This document shows, in pieces, positions 12,891 through 26,369 of a stretch of 64,000 nucleotides of DNA (positions within the stretch are counted from its first letter, which is position 1; every line of letters begins with the position of its first letter). Origin of the DNA: Squalus acanthias (lineage: Eukaryota). The stretch spans positions 129,210,001 through 129,274,000 of the forward strand of contig CM059432.1 in assembly GCA_030390025.1 (NCBI GenBank), read 5' to 3'. A program made the translations under genes and the position numbers. The notes under the pieces were generated by a model. It was not told where the DNA came from. It ran no database searches and saw nothing but the letters and a program-made list of their open reading frames with translations.

Positions 12891-13412
12891 CAATAAGATC
12901 CATGTCAAAGGCTGCAGAGAAGTCAAGGAGGACCAGTAGAGATAATGCACCACGACCACTGTTGCAGAGGATGCGTTTTGTGACTTTGATTACAGTTATT
13001 TCAGAGGTGAAAACCAGATTGGAGAGTTGCATAAAAGATGGGCATGAGTTTTGGAGATGACAACAGGTTCAAGGACTTAGGAGAGAAAAGGGAGGTTGGA
13101 GATGGGGCGGTAGTTTGCAGGGACAGAGGGGTTGAGGATGTGTTTTTTGAGGAGGCAGATGATTACGGCTGCTTTGAAAGCGAGGGGGACAGTATTTGAG
13201 GAGCGGAAGCCATTTACAATGTCAGCTAGCACGGGAGCCACAAAAAGAAGTTAGATGGTCAGCAGTTTAGTGTGAATAGGGTGAAGGGAGCAGGAGATGA
13301 GCTTGGAGAGGGGAGATAGAAGAGATACTAGAGAAGGATTTGGGATCATGGGTAGGGCAGGAGGGAAGGTTTGGCTTGATGGGCAAGCGGAAGGGGGAGG
13401 AAGCTTAGGAAG

Positions 13413-13918
13413 GATGCATTGGCCTTGGAGGGAGCGCAGCGTAGATTTACCAGAATGATACCTGGACTCCAAGGGTTAAATTACGAGGAGAGATTACACA
13501 AAATAGGGTTGTATTCCCTGGAATTTAGAAGATTAAGTGTTGATTTGATCAAAATTTTCAAGATATTAAGGGGAACTGATAGGGTAGATAGAGTGAAACT
13601 GTTTCCGCTGTTTGGGGATTCGAGGACTCGGGGACATAGCCTAAAAATTAGAGCCAGGCTTTTCACGAGTGAAGTTCGGAAACACTTCTACACACAAAGG
13701 GTGGTAGATGTTTGGAACTCTCTTCCGCAAACAGCAGTTGATGCGAGGTCGATTGTTAATTTTAAATCTGAGATTGATAGATTTTTGTTAACCAAAGCTA
13801 TTAAAGGATATGGGGCAAAGGCGGGTATATGGAGTTAGATCACAGATCAGCCATGATCTCATTGAATGGCGGAACAGGCTCGAGGGGCTAAAGTGCCTAC
13901 TCCTGTCCCTATGTTCCT
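13413..13918 (+). mobile_element. CR1 LINE 3' fragment
   Basis: ALEGAQRRFTRMIPGL...TRGHSLKI...WNSLP plus 3' UTR. Confidence 0.9.
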
Positions 13919-15379
13919 AAGATGAGACAGCTGAACAGCTGGTCTCAATTGTAGTGATAAAGAAGTCTAAGAGCTCTTCGCACTTGTACTAAAATATGTG
14001 GAAGTTGGCAGTTCATTCAGATATATGTACTAACAGATAAATAGGTACTCCCGCTGTAGCTTAAGCTAAAAGTTCACGCCTGAGTTTGAGGAGAGGTAGA
14101 GGTAGAGAAAAGATCTGTAGGGCTCACAATGTCTTTACAGGGTCAAGTTAAAGATTACACCATCTAGATAGATCTTACAGCAATTGTTATGCCATAGGTA
14201 GACAACCACCTGACAGGCTCCAAAGAACTAAACCGTAAACAAACAGTCTGATTCCTTCTACCCGATCTCCCTTTCTGAATTTTGAAAAGGTTATGTTGAA
14301 CATAAGCACCGCGGCCACAGTAAACTAATTCCTACCCTTCACAAGGAGCCAGAGTCTTTCATTTTCATGTTGTCGTCAACTGCATGCTACCATTAAAGCT
14401 TAATGAAGTATTTTATATTGGCGAGTGCCTAATGTGAATATATTTCCATATATCTGATCGAACTGCCAAGTTGTATATCTTTTAATGCTGTGGGCAGCCT
14501 TTCTCCATCAGAGATCAATTAATCTTTCATGTGAAGGGACTAAATCTCCATTAGTCAGTGACCTTCACAGCCTTTTGGAGAGCTAAAATTGGAACCCAAG
14601 GTTACGGTGACAGCGAAGAATAAATTTGCACTAGTGAGCTACACAAGCTTTTTTTTAATAAAAACAAGCGATTCTGAAAATAGACAGACAGCAGGTTTGA
14701 ATTTTTTTGTTTTTTTAAACAGGCTAATTTTTTTGATCGTAGCCCCTACATCTAGCTTCGACACGGACTGACTGTTTCGTTCATGACACCTCACCTCGTA
14801 TTTCTGCGAATGCAGTTTTTTGACATGTAATTTGTAACGTCTCCATCACCAGATGGAAAGATGGGAAGTGATATTCAGGACAGATGAAAGGAAATGTTCT
14901 GTGACAGATGCTGTCACATCTGAGCGTCTTGTATTTGATGCATGAGCAAGCAACCTTTCACCGCTTACTGGTAAACTAATCCCATATAATTTTTTTTAAT
15001 TTTTTATAAGCAGAATGGTAACGTAAGTCAAATTGCCATTTGCTCCATAATATGGTATGTTTTTTGGATGAAGGGTGAAGACCCCCCCCCCCAATATTAA
15101 AAAGATAACCGAGCCTACAGAGAAATATCATTACAAATCTGGTCCCGTCTGATGATTTTCTGACATAATTTTACATGTGTTGCTGCGCATTATGCGCAGG
15201 CACCCGGCCAGGATATTTGATTATCAACATTTGATGTACTTCTGTTGCTGAAATATTGCAAATTTGACCACATTTACTGGACGATGACAGGAAAAACGTG
15301 TGCAACAATGAAAGCTTCGATTAGATACAGACAAAGAAATATGCAGCTTTCTTGGAAATGAGAGGGGTTGGTTAGAATT

Positions 15380-15995
15380 ACATATCGTATCATTTACAGC
15401 ACAGAAACAGGCCATTTGGCCCAACAGGTCTTTGCTGGTGTTTATATACTCCACACAAGCCTCCTCCCACCTTACTTCATCTCACCCTATCAACAATTAG
15501 AGACTGATTAAGTGCATAGACTTACGTACATAGAATATCAGCACAGACACAGGCCATTCGGCCTAACTAGTCTGTGCTGGTGTTTATAATTCACACGAGT
15601 CTCCTTCCTCCCATTCCATCTGCGTCATCTCAGCCTTTCAGCATATCTTTCTGTTCCCTTTTCTCTCATGTACTCGTCTAGTTTCCTTTTGAAAGCATCT
15701 AATCTATTTGCCGCAACCACTCCCTGTGGTCGCGAGTTCCACCTTCTAACCACTCTCTGAATAAAGAGATTTTACTTATTTCCATACTGAATTTATTAGT
15801 AACTATCTTGTATTTATGGCCCCTAGTTTTGGATTCTCCCACAAGTGGAAACATGCTCTCCACATCTACCCTGTCCAACAATTTGATAATTTCAAAGACC
15901 TCTAACAGGTCAGCTCTAAGTCTTCTCTTTTCTAAAGAAAAAAGCCCCAACCTGTTCAATCTTTCCCGATAGCTGTAATCTCTCAGTTCTGGTAA
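15380..15995 (-). mobile_element. Two CR1 3' fragments in tandem
   Basis: YRERLNRLGLFSLEKRRLRADLLEVF; two tail copies (about 15380 and 15530). Confidence 0.8.
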
Positions 15996-16774
15996 TCTTA
16001 ATAGATGCACAGGTTAAGTAAGGATTAAAAAAAGTAACAGAAATTTGCACGTGGGACAGAACAATGATAGGTGAGCAAAACATTCCCCTGAATGTACGGT
16101 TTATATAAAGTCACCTATACTTTTAAGTGCCTCACTGTGTGCATTTTGACTTCAAATAGTCGACTATCTCCAAGAATTAAATGGTTAGAGCTTACAAGTG
16201 GCTGTATGTAAAAAGGAAGGAGATGTCCTGAACTCAATGGTTAAAATTCCGCAGCTTTATTGTTCAGTCGCTCTGAGTGATCAGTGACATGTGACCAAAG
16301 ACGGATCGAGAGATTTAGGTCAAGGGTTAGCTTTCTCAGCGAATAACATATACAGACAGACAGCTAATTTGCTTTAAGTTTATCGGAAACATAATTATTG
16401 CCTTCCCTTTGTAGTAAAGTGGTAGCGCACGGAATCTCGTTCTGAAACAAGAATAAAATGGGAGAATGTCAGCTACTTCTTTTATTACACACTACCTAGG
16501 GCACAACTGCACTCCCACCATATAGCCCTGCTCTAACACAAAAATAAACGGGTAAATATCATCCCGCTAATTGCATTCTAAATCAGTGCCAGATATAAGT
16601 ATTTAAGATCTTAATATAAGATAATGACTTAATATATGAGTCACTTATGATAGTAAGAGAGTGGATTAGGATGTATGCTATTTAAATTCCTGAACTATGA
16701 GTTGATTCATGCTGTTCATGGGCTAAGGAAGGATTATTAGGCTTTTACCTCCTTTCTTTTTATCTCTTATCTCC

Positions 16775-16777
<3 letters not shown>

Positions 16778-16806
<29 letters not shown>
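16778..16806. repeat. (CT)n microsatellite
   Basis: Direct reading. Confidence 0.95.
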
Positions 16807-16810
<4 letters not shown>

Positions 16811-17293
16811 ATACACTATTTAGGCCCATAATTTCTCCTCTCCACTCCACAGCTATGCCAGGACTTGATGTGTGGTACATTTGTACTTGCGGTCGAGTTG
16901 CTATCCTGCTACATTTTATGCTTCCTCAAGTACACAGTTCACGAAACATAATTGTTTTTCTTCAGTGAACATGCAAAAGATAGTTGGGGATGGGAAGAGC
17001 TGTGGGGTGGGACGGAGCATTGTATTTGATAGATGGGGGGGGTTTGTTCACGTTGGGCCTGAGGTGGAGGGTGGAGGCGGAGTCGGATCTGGTTACCAAG
17101 TATAGGAGGAGAATTTACTTGAGGTTGGGGCTGTTCATGAGGCCCTTGGGTGGGGTGGCGGGGTGGTGCATCAAACCAGGTGAGGGATGGTCATTGGGGC
17201 AATTGGGAAATGGGATGTGCAGGATTCTATGTATGTGTGTGGCGTTTTATTGAATTGTTAATTTGTTTATGGGTTTATTACATAATAAATATT

Positions 17294-18030
17294 GGCCTAA
17301 AAATTCGGTTACTTTGCGCCTCCCGTTAACGCCCTAAGAGGGCGCTAACGGGGCACAAAACAACTAGCGCCTGGGCGCGGCGCCGCCAACGCCTCCCGCG
17401 AAATTCAGCGGGAGGTTAGCGGCGGCGGTAACCGTTAGCGCCCTGCGACGCTGCGCCGCCAGCGATGACGTCATCACCATGCGCAGTGCCCTGCTCGCGC
17501 CACAGCCGCGATCTTTGGTAGCGCCCCCTGACTTTCGCCGGACGCTATGTCCGACAGGGTCAGGGGGGCTTACCTGCGGCCGGGGCGGCCCAATTTAAAG
17601 GGGAGGTGCTGGGCGGCCATTTTTGTTGCTGGCTGCCTGCCGCACCTGCCCCCTCTGCCGTCCCCGGCCTTCTGAGCAGCCCCCCCCGTGGGATGCCGGC
17701 TGCACTCCGTGAGCCTGGCACTTCTCTTGAGTGCCAGGCTCTTTTGCCAGCACTCCGATCCCTGGTGGCCCAGCTGGGCCCTGGGTCGCGCTGCGCTAGG
17801 CCCCTCCCCTTTAGTAAGAGGAGGAAGGCCTGCAGTACCGCGGCGCGACCGCTGCGGCACGTAGCGCCGCAATATTCACTCGCAGCGTCCCAAGAGGGAG
17901 GCGGGGCGCTTCCAGTAGCACCCCACTTCCCTCTTGGGGCGCTACTGGTGAATTTCGGCCGCAGGGGTGCTAAAAGTAGCGCCCCGGCAAAGTTAGCGCC
18001 CCAAAGGGGGCGCGACCTAATTTCCCCCCC
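17294..18030. mobile_element. Harbinger-type MITE, family B (GC-rich, TAGCGCC subterminal repeats)
   Basis: Imperfect TIRs and TSD ATT; homologous to 46448-47076 and, in reverse, to 56181-56909. Confidence 0.85.
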
Positions 18031-18614
18031 ATTAATTTTAGGGCTATATAATGGGGTGAACTACTGTCATGCCAGCTGTATCTCAGAGAATTTAACGGGA
18101 TAGCTCTTTCAAAGAGCCAGCACAGACATGATGGGCCGAATGGTCTCCTTCTGTGCGGTATGATTCTATGAATTTTTATTTTGTTGTAAATGATTGGGTA
18201 GAGCATTTTTTGCCTAATGTGACTGGGGAATAAATTGAAATTGGGAGACCGATTTTGTGCGGTGTGTTTGGTGAATAACAAATGCTTAATTAAAGTAGAA
18301 AATAACCAATTAGAAAGGAGAAAAACTGAGACTTAATCCTTTTAACACTGAGGAAGAAGAAAATTGACTGTTTTGATGGAACTGATGCGTATAACACGCC
18401 TAGGAATGTTATTATAAGGATTTGAGTATTACTTTTCACAGAGGAGTAGCTTTTGACATACTGATGTATGCAGAATAATGGTTCATGCTGGGAAATGGAG
18501 CAACCTGATACACTGACCATTCCATTTTAATTTATTTAATCCTTCTTAACTTATTTAATTATTTTAATTTATCTTATTCTATATATTTATTATAATTTCT
18601 TTTTGCATTAAGTC

Positions 18615-19020
18615 CTGCTTGCCCATCATCCCTGTTATTTACTGACCTTCATTGGCTCCTCATTCCCCCAAATTTAAAATCCTCACCCTCGCCTTTAAAA
18701 TCCTCCTCACCGTACCCTGTCTCTGCAATCTTCTCCAGCCATAAATCGTTCCTCTCTGATTCTGGTCTTTTGTGTAGCCCCCTCTCCCTGTGCTTCACCA
18801 CTACTGGCAGTGATTTGGCCTTCATTCACTCAGTCCTACTCTATAGACTTCCCTCCCCAAACCTCTCCACTCTCCACCTCTCTCTCTGTCCCCGTCTTTA
18901 AAAATCTCTCAAAATCTACCCCCTCGACCAAGCCTTGGATCACCCCTCTTAGTCTCTCCTTTCCTGGCTTAACATCTATTTTCCATTTGCTTATTCTGTA
19001 TAATGCATTGGGATAGTTTT
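18615..19020 (+). mobile_element. Degenerate L2 3' fragment
   Basis: cattggctcc...tttaaaatcctc matches the L2 copies at 38218 and 52129. Confidence 0.65.
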
Positions 19021-19355
19021 TTTTAACATATAAATGGAGATTGTCTTAAACAGATATACCTGATGTAATAATAATCGAGTATCCTTGATGTAATAATAAT
19101 CATCTTGATTTTACATTTTGTGCTGAAAATGGGAAGTATCTGGAAATTGAGTGAACAACTTTAAAACTGAACAATGTGAGAGGCACATTAATGGATGTGT
19201 AACTACAGATTTTATCTTCAGTGATGAAGCAGCTTGTTTGTCTCGTTTGCTGAGGAGGACAGTAGGTTAAGGGACTATTCCCCTTGATTTTGTTCCTTTT
19301 TTAAATGTCTAGAACTACGGCAGGATTTCCATTGGCCTTATCCCTGCTGTCATTT

Positions 19356-19676
19356 TGCGCACAGCAAGCTCCCACAAACAGCAATGTGATAATGACCAGA
19401 TCATCTGTTTTTAGGTGTTTGGTCCAGGGATAAATATTGGCCCAGGACACCAGGGAGAACTCCCCTGCTCTTCTTCGAAATAGTATGGTGGGATCCTTTA
19501 AGTCCACCTGAGAGGGCAGACGGGGCCTCGGATTTTTAACATCTCATATAAACGACGGCACCTCCGACAGTGCAGCACTCCTTCAGTACTGCACTGAAGT
19601 GTCTCTGGAGTGAGACTTGAACCCACAACCTTCTGATTCAGAGGTGAGAGGGCTACTGCCGAGCCACAGCTGGCAC
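19356..19676 (-). mobile_element. Deu-SINE, partial
   Basis: Head and Deu core. Confidence 0.85.
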
Positions 19677-20655
19677 TGTTATCATTTTGTGTGCGAGTGC
19701 GTTCTCGTAGAGATAAAGGGATAGAGAGAGCACAAAGCATTATGACCCTTCTTCCCTCAAAATTATACTTAATTAACATTTCCTCAGAGTTGTGGGTGAA
19801 AGTTTTTTTTAACTGAATTTTCAACTTCTCTTTCGCATTCCCTAATATTATTATGCAGAAAGTTCTATAAGCGCAGCCTTGCCGTCAAAGATTACGTGCT
19901 GAAGGAGAGCTAATCTAATCCAAGCAATTCAGAAGAGGACCAAAATGATTGATTAGGATTACCATCCTCGACGACAGAGCTTGATGCCCGGCTACACGTG
20001 CTGGTGAGCAAAATTAGGGCATGTACGAAGAGAGAAGTTCATTTTCCTGCAGGACCTCAAGTTGAGGGATATCAGTCCTGGGGAACAGCAATCTTTTTGG
20101 GCTCTTTGAGCTTGCCCATTTAATTCCAATTTGTGCCAAATTATAGCCAGTTTTGCACTCTGGACCGCTGCCCACTAAGAACTGGGCGAGCTTGGCCTGA
20201 CTCATTTCAGTTAGAGTAGGAGCCTTACAATGGTCAGAGAAAAGAATCTCCCTTTTCAATCGAATTTGGGTGTAGCCTGGGAGATAAAAAGAATAATGGT
20301 TTTATTGAAGATAACACCAGCCGGGTCAATCGATAAACAAATTGACCATGTGTGGAATTGAGCCACACAGATATGGAAGAAACCAGGTCCAATCTGCAAA
20401 ATGTGCTGTCAGCTGATCTCAAGTGTGATGGCGCGATGACCTTAGGCACCTTGTGTTAGTGAGGAGAAAAATCAGTTGGGGTTTACACTCCTGATCACTA
20501 CTCAGTGACTCCTGCTGAAAAGTGGATCTCAGGTGAGGAGAGGACACCAGCGTAATACCCTCCATAGCTGAATGGTCTGCTGACAATCACTGTGCACACT
20601 CACACATGAACCCAAGGCCCTTCATGGCCCCTAGAACCATACTCCAGCAACAGTA

Positions 20656-21107
20656 AAGAAAGACTTGTATTTATATAGCGCCTTTCACCACCACCGGATG
20701 TCCCAAAGCACTTTACAGCCAATTAAGTACTTTTTGAAATGTAGTCACTGTTGTAATGCAGGAAACACAGCAGCCAATTTGCACACAGCAAGCTCCCACA
20801 AACAGCAATGTGATAATGACCAGATAATCTGTTTTAGTGATGTTGTTGGGGGATAAATATTGGCCAGGACACCAGGGAGAACTCCCCTGCTCTTCTTCGA
20901 TATAGTGCCATGAGGATCTTTTACATCCACCTGAGAGGGAAGATAGGGCCTCGGTTTAACATCTCATCCGAAAGACGGCACCTCTGATAGTACTGCACTG
21001 GAGTGTCAATCTAGATTCTTGTACTCAAGTCTCTGGAGTGGGACTTGAAACCCAGAACCTTTGTGACTCAGAGGCAAGACTGCTACCAACTGAGCCACGG
21101 CTGACAC
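20656..21107 (-). mobile_element. Deu-SINE, near full length
   Basis: Tail, core and tRNA head. Confidence 0.9.
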
Positions 21108-21499
21108 TTCAGCACCTGCAGGACTGTAGGGGAGAAAATGGAAGAAAAAGGGAATCACATGCAGGACAGAAAAAAACATAACGTACAAGATTTTAAGACT
21201 TGATACATTGTGCAGATGTATTAACAAATCTTGAAAACTTACTGATATTTTTTCTGAAGTTTGATCCTAATTAATTTAAAGGATCAGACGATTGTATCTG
21301 GAGAGTGTATACATTTCTGATATAATAGCGTTATTAATGATGGAATTTCCCATTCGTAAATTAAATGCTGCTCCCTTCCACTGATCAAACTTGAAGATAA
21401 CTTGGTGGCTTGATCAGTTAGTAGTGAGGGTACGATAGTGTAGTGGTCTTGGTACTGGCCTAGCAGCCTAGAGGTCGCTCATATCCTGAGTACCAAAAA

Positions 21500-21820
21500 T
21501 CCTCTCATTAAGCCCCACTCCAGAACTTGAGATCAGAAACGTCAGCCTAGCACCGAGAGAGTGTTGTATTTCCAAGGTGCTGCCCCTTCAGATGAGAAAG
21601 AAATTGAAGCTCGGTTCGATCTGCCAGCTCAGGCAGATGTTAAAGATGCCATGACGTTATTTGAAGAAGAGCAAAGAGCTCTCAACATTTCTCCCTCACC
21701 CAACACCATTAAAAGTAGATTAACTGGTCATTCCTTTCATTTGTGGGATCTTACTGTGTGCAAAATGGCTGTCGTATTTACCTAGATAACAGCTCCCACT
21801 GCATTTCGAAGTAATTCATT
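21500..21820 (+). mobile_element. Old, degenerate Deu-SINE
   Basis: gatgttaaagatgccatg..tttgaagaagagca..gctgtcgtatttac. Confidence 0.6.
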
Positions 21821-22720
21821 ATACACTGGAAATTCCTGTTGGCGTAATTGCTTATGCCGTGGGAATTTTGTGGGTGCGGAGCAAACTTGCGAGTTCTTGA
21901 ATGCACGTGCTCCGCACCCACCCATCATAGCGCTTAAAATTGTCACAGTGCTTCTCAGTGGTCAAGGGGTTTCTTGCACAGAATGTGCATTATATGAGAT
22001 TAACATGCAAATGTGGCCATTGAATGGGCACTTTGATGTGTTTCCACTTCCAGCGTGCAGCCTCGCCCACTGGGAGCTCATGTGGCGAACATGCACCCAA
22101 ATTTCCAATACGCACTCTCGTCAAGTAAAGCTCTGGGAACACGAAAAACTCTTCAAATCGCCCCATCCAAGTATTTGCCTGCAATATATGAAATGGTCAT
22201 TAGAGGTCAGCTTGGTTCTTGTATGCTGGGAATGAAAGGCAATTGCTGTATACTTGAGATGGAACATTAAAAAACTTTGCCAGACTCAAGCTGGTTACTC
22301 CCTATTTTGATTTCATGGACACATCATACGAAAGAGATGGAGAGCAATCTGAATGTTCCCAGCCAACAACTTCATCACTTTCACCCCAGACTGACAGCAG
22401 CAACAAGCAAGGACAAAACAATTCTACCGCACATGCTAGCTTTCTCAGAGTCAAGACTGCACCTATGTTGCCATTCGAGCCCCTGGGTACCAGGCTGCAC
22501 TCCCTCAGTTCTGCATTGAAGTTTATGTTCTCAAGTCCAGGAGTGGGGCTTAATAAAAAGGTTTTTGGTTCACAGGATGTGAACGACCTTTAGGTTGTTA
22601 GTCTAGTACCATAGCCCTGCATCCCCACGACTAACTGAGCCAGGCTGACCAGTGATGTTCTAGTTCAATCAGTGAAAGGGAACAGCATTTAATTTACAAA
22701 TGAGAAATACCATCATTAAT

Positions 22721-23479
22721 GGCCCAGAAATTTGACTCGGAGGCTTGCCGCGGGGGTAAGGATCTTGCGCGATATCACACTCCGCGCCGGCCGTTGTGTT
22801 TCAGGCCCACAGGAACTTCGGGTCCTGGGCCTCTCCCTGGTGCCGGCGTGCAGTGTGTGCGTGTCCCAGGGGCGCAGTTAGTGCGATGCGACCTCTGGGA
22901 TCACGTGGGCCATGGAGAGCCAATGGCAGCACACCATCTTTCATTCATAGATTTGACATGAGACCTGTCAAATCTGTGAATTGAAAGAGACCCCAAAAGA
23001 ACAGCTAAACCTCAAATAAATTTAAAAAACCCTCACATTAATAAAATAACTATAGTTAAATAAATTAACCACTTTAAACAAAAATTTAAATTTTTGAAAA
23101 AATTTAAATTCTTTTTAAAAGTTATAAAAATAAATTACCTTTCTTTAAAGTCTGTAAAAAAGATAAACCTGTTGAAAAATTTTAAAATTATACTTAATTA
23201 ACTACTTACCTTGTTAAAAGGGGGTCTTACGCCTCCTTTTTTCATGTGTAAATTCTTCCATACTTACCCTCGCGTTGAAACCTGAAAAAAAACCTAAGTG
23301 TGCTGCGTGCGCACAGCCTGTAGTGCGCACGCGGTTCACCTAGGAACCTCCCCCTTCGCCATACCGGAAGTGCCGGTTTCCCGCGCATGCGCAGTGCATG
23401 CAGGAAACCGGCACTTCGGGATCTAATACGGGTGAGTACACAGTCCGTACTCTCCCGTATTAGGCCGAATTTTTGGGCC
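22721..23479. mobile_element. Harbinger-type MITE, family A
   Basis: TIR ggcccagaaatttg/cgaatttttgggcc; flanks AAT/ATT; colinear with 240-995. Confidence 0.9.
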
Positions 23480-23532
23480 ATTAACTGTTATATCAGAAAA
23501 CTATGCACTCTCCATATACAGTCATTGTTGTC

Positions 23533-23870
23533 ATCCTCCAGCCCTGCAACCCTTTGAGAACTATGCGTTCCTCCAATCCTGGCCTCTTGCGCATCCCCGA
23601 TTTTAATCACTCCACCATTGGCAGCCGTGCCTTCAGCTGCCTGGGCCTGAATCTCTGGAATTCCCTCCCTAAACCTCTCCACCTCTCTACCTGTCTCGCC
23701 TCCTTTAAAACGCTCCTTAAAACCTACCTGTTTGACCAAGTTTTTGATCACCTGTCCTAATATCTCCTTATTTGGTTCGCTGTCAAATTTTGTCTGATAA
23801 CGCTCCTGTGAAGCACATTGGGATGTTTTACTACATTAAAGGTGCGATATAAATGCAGTTGTTGTTGCTG
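23533..23870 (+). mobile_element. L2 LINE 3' fragment
   Basis: IGSRAFSCLGLNLWNSLP...FKTLLKTYLF plus (gtt)n tail. Confidence 0.85.
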
Positions 23871-24009
23871 TTTTATCTCAGTGACCTCTGTGTGAGGTTA
23901 TGTGACCTTTAGGACAGACTGATAGGGTGTTGCCTATTACCGCAGAAGTGCCTTTACTTTAAGGCTTTCATCTGTGACATTCTCATTTGAAAGGGAATGA
24001 ACAGTGGAA

Positions 24010-24400
24010 TGTTGCCCGAGACCTCCCCGGGTTAGTCACTGCCGGGGCCTTTCATGTGAGGAAGTTGCACCCTGGACTGTGATGGCTGACTGGAGTTAAG
24101 CTCTGCCTGTACGGCAGTTATGCAGAACACAGCTGCAATAAGCCTCACGCTACAACCAGGATTGTTATCAAACATACCATTGGGATCTTCAAATAGGGCT
24201 TTGCACGTCGGCACCGATCATGGGAGCCATGCAGTACGCACCCTCCTCCAGTTTGCATAATAACCGTCGTCTGCTGCACACTCCATAACTTCACTGTGAG
24301 AAGAGGACTCAGCTTGCACCTTGCTGAGCAGGTTGGCAGTGCAATGGCAGAAAATGAGGGTGAAAATGTCAATGAGGAATTAGCTGAGACCAGCGATGCA
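24010..24400 (+). pseudogene. Degenerate Harbinger/HARBI1-like transposase C-terminal fragment
   Basis: Manual translation: AEHSCNKPHATTRIVIKHTIGIFK*...GAMQYAP...VCIITVVCCTLHNFTVRRG, then an acidic tail. Contains stops and frameshifts. Confidence 0.75.
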
Positions 24401-24688
24401 GCAAGGGTAACTGTTGTCCCAAGCACTGATTACAGATGCCGTTCAAAGAGTGTCACAGCTGCACCATTTCTTAAAGGGCAAAGCAAACCTGCTAAGTAAC
24501 CATGTCCAAACCACCTTGACATTAACTCTCATTCACCATCAATCGGCATTTTAGTAGTGTTGCTCCTTCTGTATTGTAGCAAATGACAAATAAATACCCA
24601 GGACTAACCTCAAGTTCAGGGCTTTTGTTTCCCCATTACGTAGTGTGTGAATGTTGGCATTTTTGAGTTGGTGCAGTGCTGCTCCTCT

Positions 24689-25107
24689 GTGTCAGCTGTG
24701 GCTCAGTTGGTAGCACACTTGCCTGTGAGTCAAAAGGTTGTGGGTTCAAGTCCCACTCCAGAGACTTGAGCACATAACGCTAGGCTGACACTGTTGGGGG
24801 TGCCGTCTTTCGGATAAGATGTTAAACCGAGGCCCTGTCTGCTCTCTCAGGTGGACGTAAAAGATCCCATGGCACTGTTTCAAAGAAGAGCAGGAGAGTT
24901 ATCCCTGGTGTCCTGGCCAATGTTTATCCCTCAATCCACATAACAGAAACAGATTATCTGGTCATTATCACATTGCTGTGCACAAATTGGCTGCCATGTT
25001 TCCCACATTACAGCAGTGACTGCACTCCAAAAGTACTTCATTGGCTGCAAAGTGCTTTGAGATGTCCAGTGGTTGTGAAAGGTGCTAAATAAATGCAAGT
25101 CTTTCTC
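24689..25107 (+). mobile_element. Deu-SINE
   Basis: A/B boxes, core and tail. Confidence 0.9.
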
Positions 25108-25758
25108 TGTGATACCTAACCTACCACTCCTTAAGTGAAACTCTGCAGTCACCTAGCACACTGAGTCCTTGAGGTGGGACTGAGTGTGTTAGTGGCTGCA
25201 GGGTTTCGCTGACAGTCTGCCTCAACCTCCCTGGGTTATTTATTGCCAGACCCTTGCATTCGAGTCTAATCGCATCCAGGACTGTGATGGCCGATTGGAG
25301 TTTGCTGCTTTCATGTCTGGTGAAGTAGGCGCTTCTAGGCAAGGGGGCTGGAGAAGTGGCCACAAGTCCTTTTAAGTGTCTACTTTCTCCACATGAGTCC
25401 TTGCAGACGGGTTTGCAACTCCCAGCCGGTGAAACTGGCTGCTCTCAGTTGGTAACAGCCAAATTTACAGCAATTTGGCGAGTAATAAGTTAGCTAAACT
25501 GTCTCTTAATTTCATCTTAGAGCTGTTCCCTGCTCAATGGCTAGCTCACGATATGGGAGCCAATTCCCACGGTTCTGCCCACAGACTGGAAACAGTGATA
25601 TGGAGCGTTAACCAGCAGGAGCAAATTCTGCCAGTTTCAGTAACTCAGTCTGTGTACGATGAGCACATGATTAGAAGTTTCAAGGCAACTTGATACGTTT
25701 CTGAGAGATGTGTGATGGCGCTTTTTAAATGCATCCTTCAGAAGGTCCGAACCTGCTC

Positions 25759-26275
25759 CATAAGAACATAAGAAATAGGAGCAGGAGTAGGCCAATTGGC
25801 CCCTCGAGCCTGCTCCGCCATTCAATAAGATCATGGCTGATCTGATCCTAACCGCCAATCTACTATCACAGAACCATCTCCTGAACCTAACAGAATTGGA
25901 CACACGAAAGTAGGAGCAGAATCAGGCTACACGGCCCCTGGGCCCGCTACGCCACCCACAGGGCCATGACCGATCTGAACCTAGACTCACGTCCAAATTC
26001 CTGCCCGCTCCCTGTAACCCTTAATTCCCTTTACTTCTAGGAAACTGTCTATTTCTGTTTTAAATTTATGTAATGATGTAGCTTCTACAGCTTTTTGGGG
26101 CAGCATATTCCATGGACCTACCACCCTCTGAGTGAAGTAGTTCCTTCTCATCTCAGTTTTGAAAGAGCAGCCCCTTATTCTAAGACTATGCTCCCTAGTT
26201 CTAGTTTCACCCATCATCGGGAACATCCTCCCCGCATCCACCCGATCCAACCCCTTCACAATCTTATATGTTTCC
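25759..26275 (-). mobile_element. CR1 3' fragment with a doubled 3' UTR (copies at 29888-30404 and 34018-34534)
   Basis: ETYKIVKGLDRVDAGRMFP...TQRVV; cataagaacataagaa tail. Confidence 0.9.
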
Positions 26276-26369
26276 ATCCATCCGCGATCCAACTTTTCTT
26301 CCCCCGTGAATGAAAAATATTTGATGTAAAAATCCTTCTATTATTTTTGAGCTTCCCGGCTGAGATATT

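Larger units (their letters stand above)
12301..13990 (-). mobile_element. Fragmented L2 LINE (3' tail and RT region), interrupted by two CR1 fragments
   Basis: (caa)n-cttgcatttatatag tail at 12301; LLVLLDFSAAFD RT motif near 12900-12945. Confidence 0.7.

Noticed and set aside
25655..25705. C/D snoRNA-like boxes (acgatga...ctga) in the tandem unit
   Set aside because: Imperfect C box, only about 50 nt long, and no convincing terminal stem.
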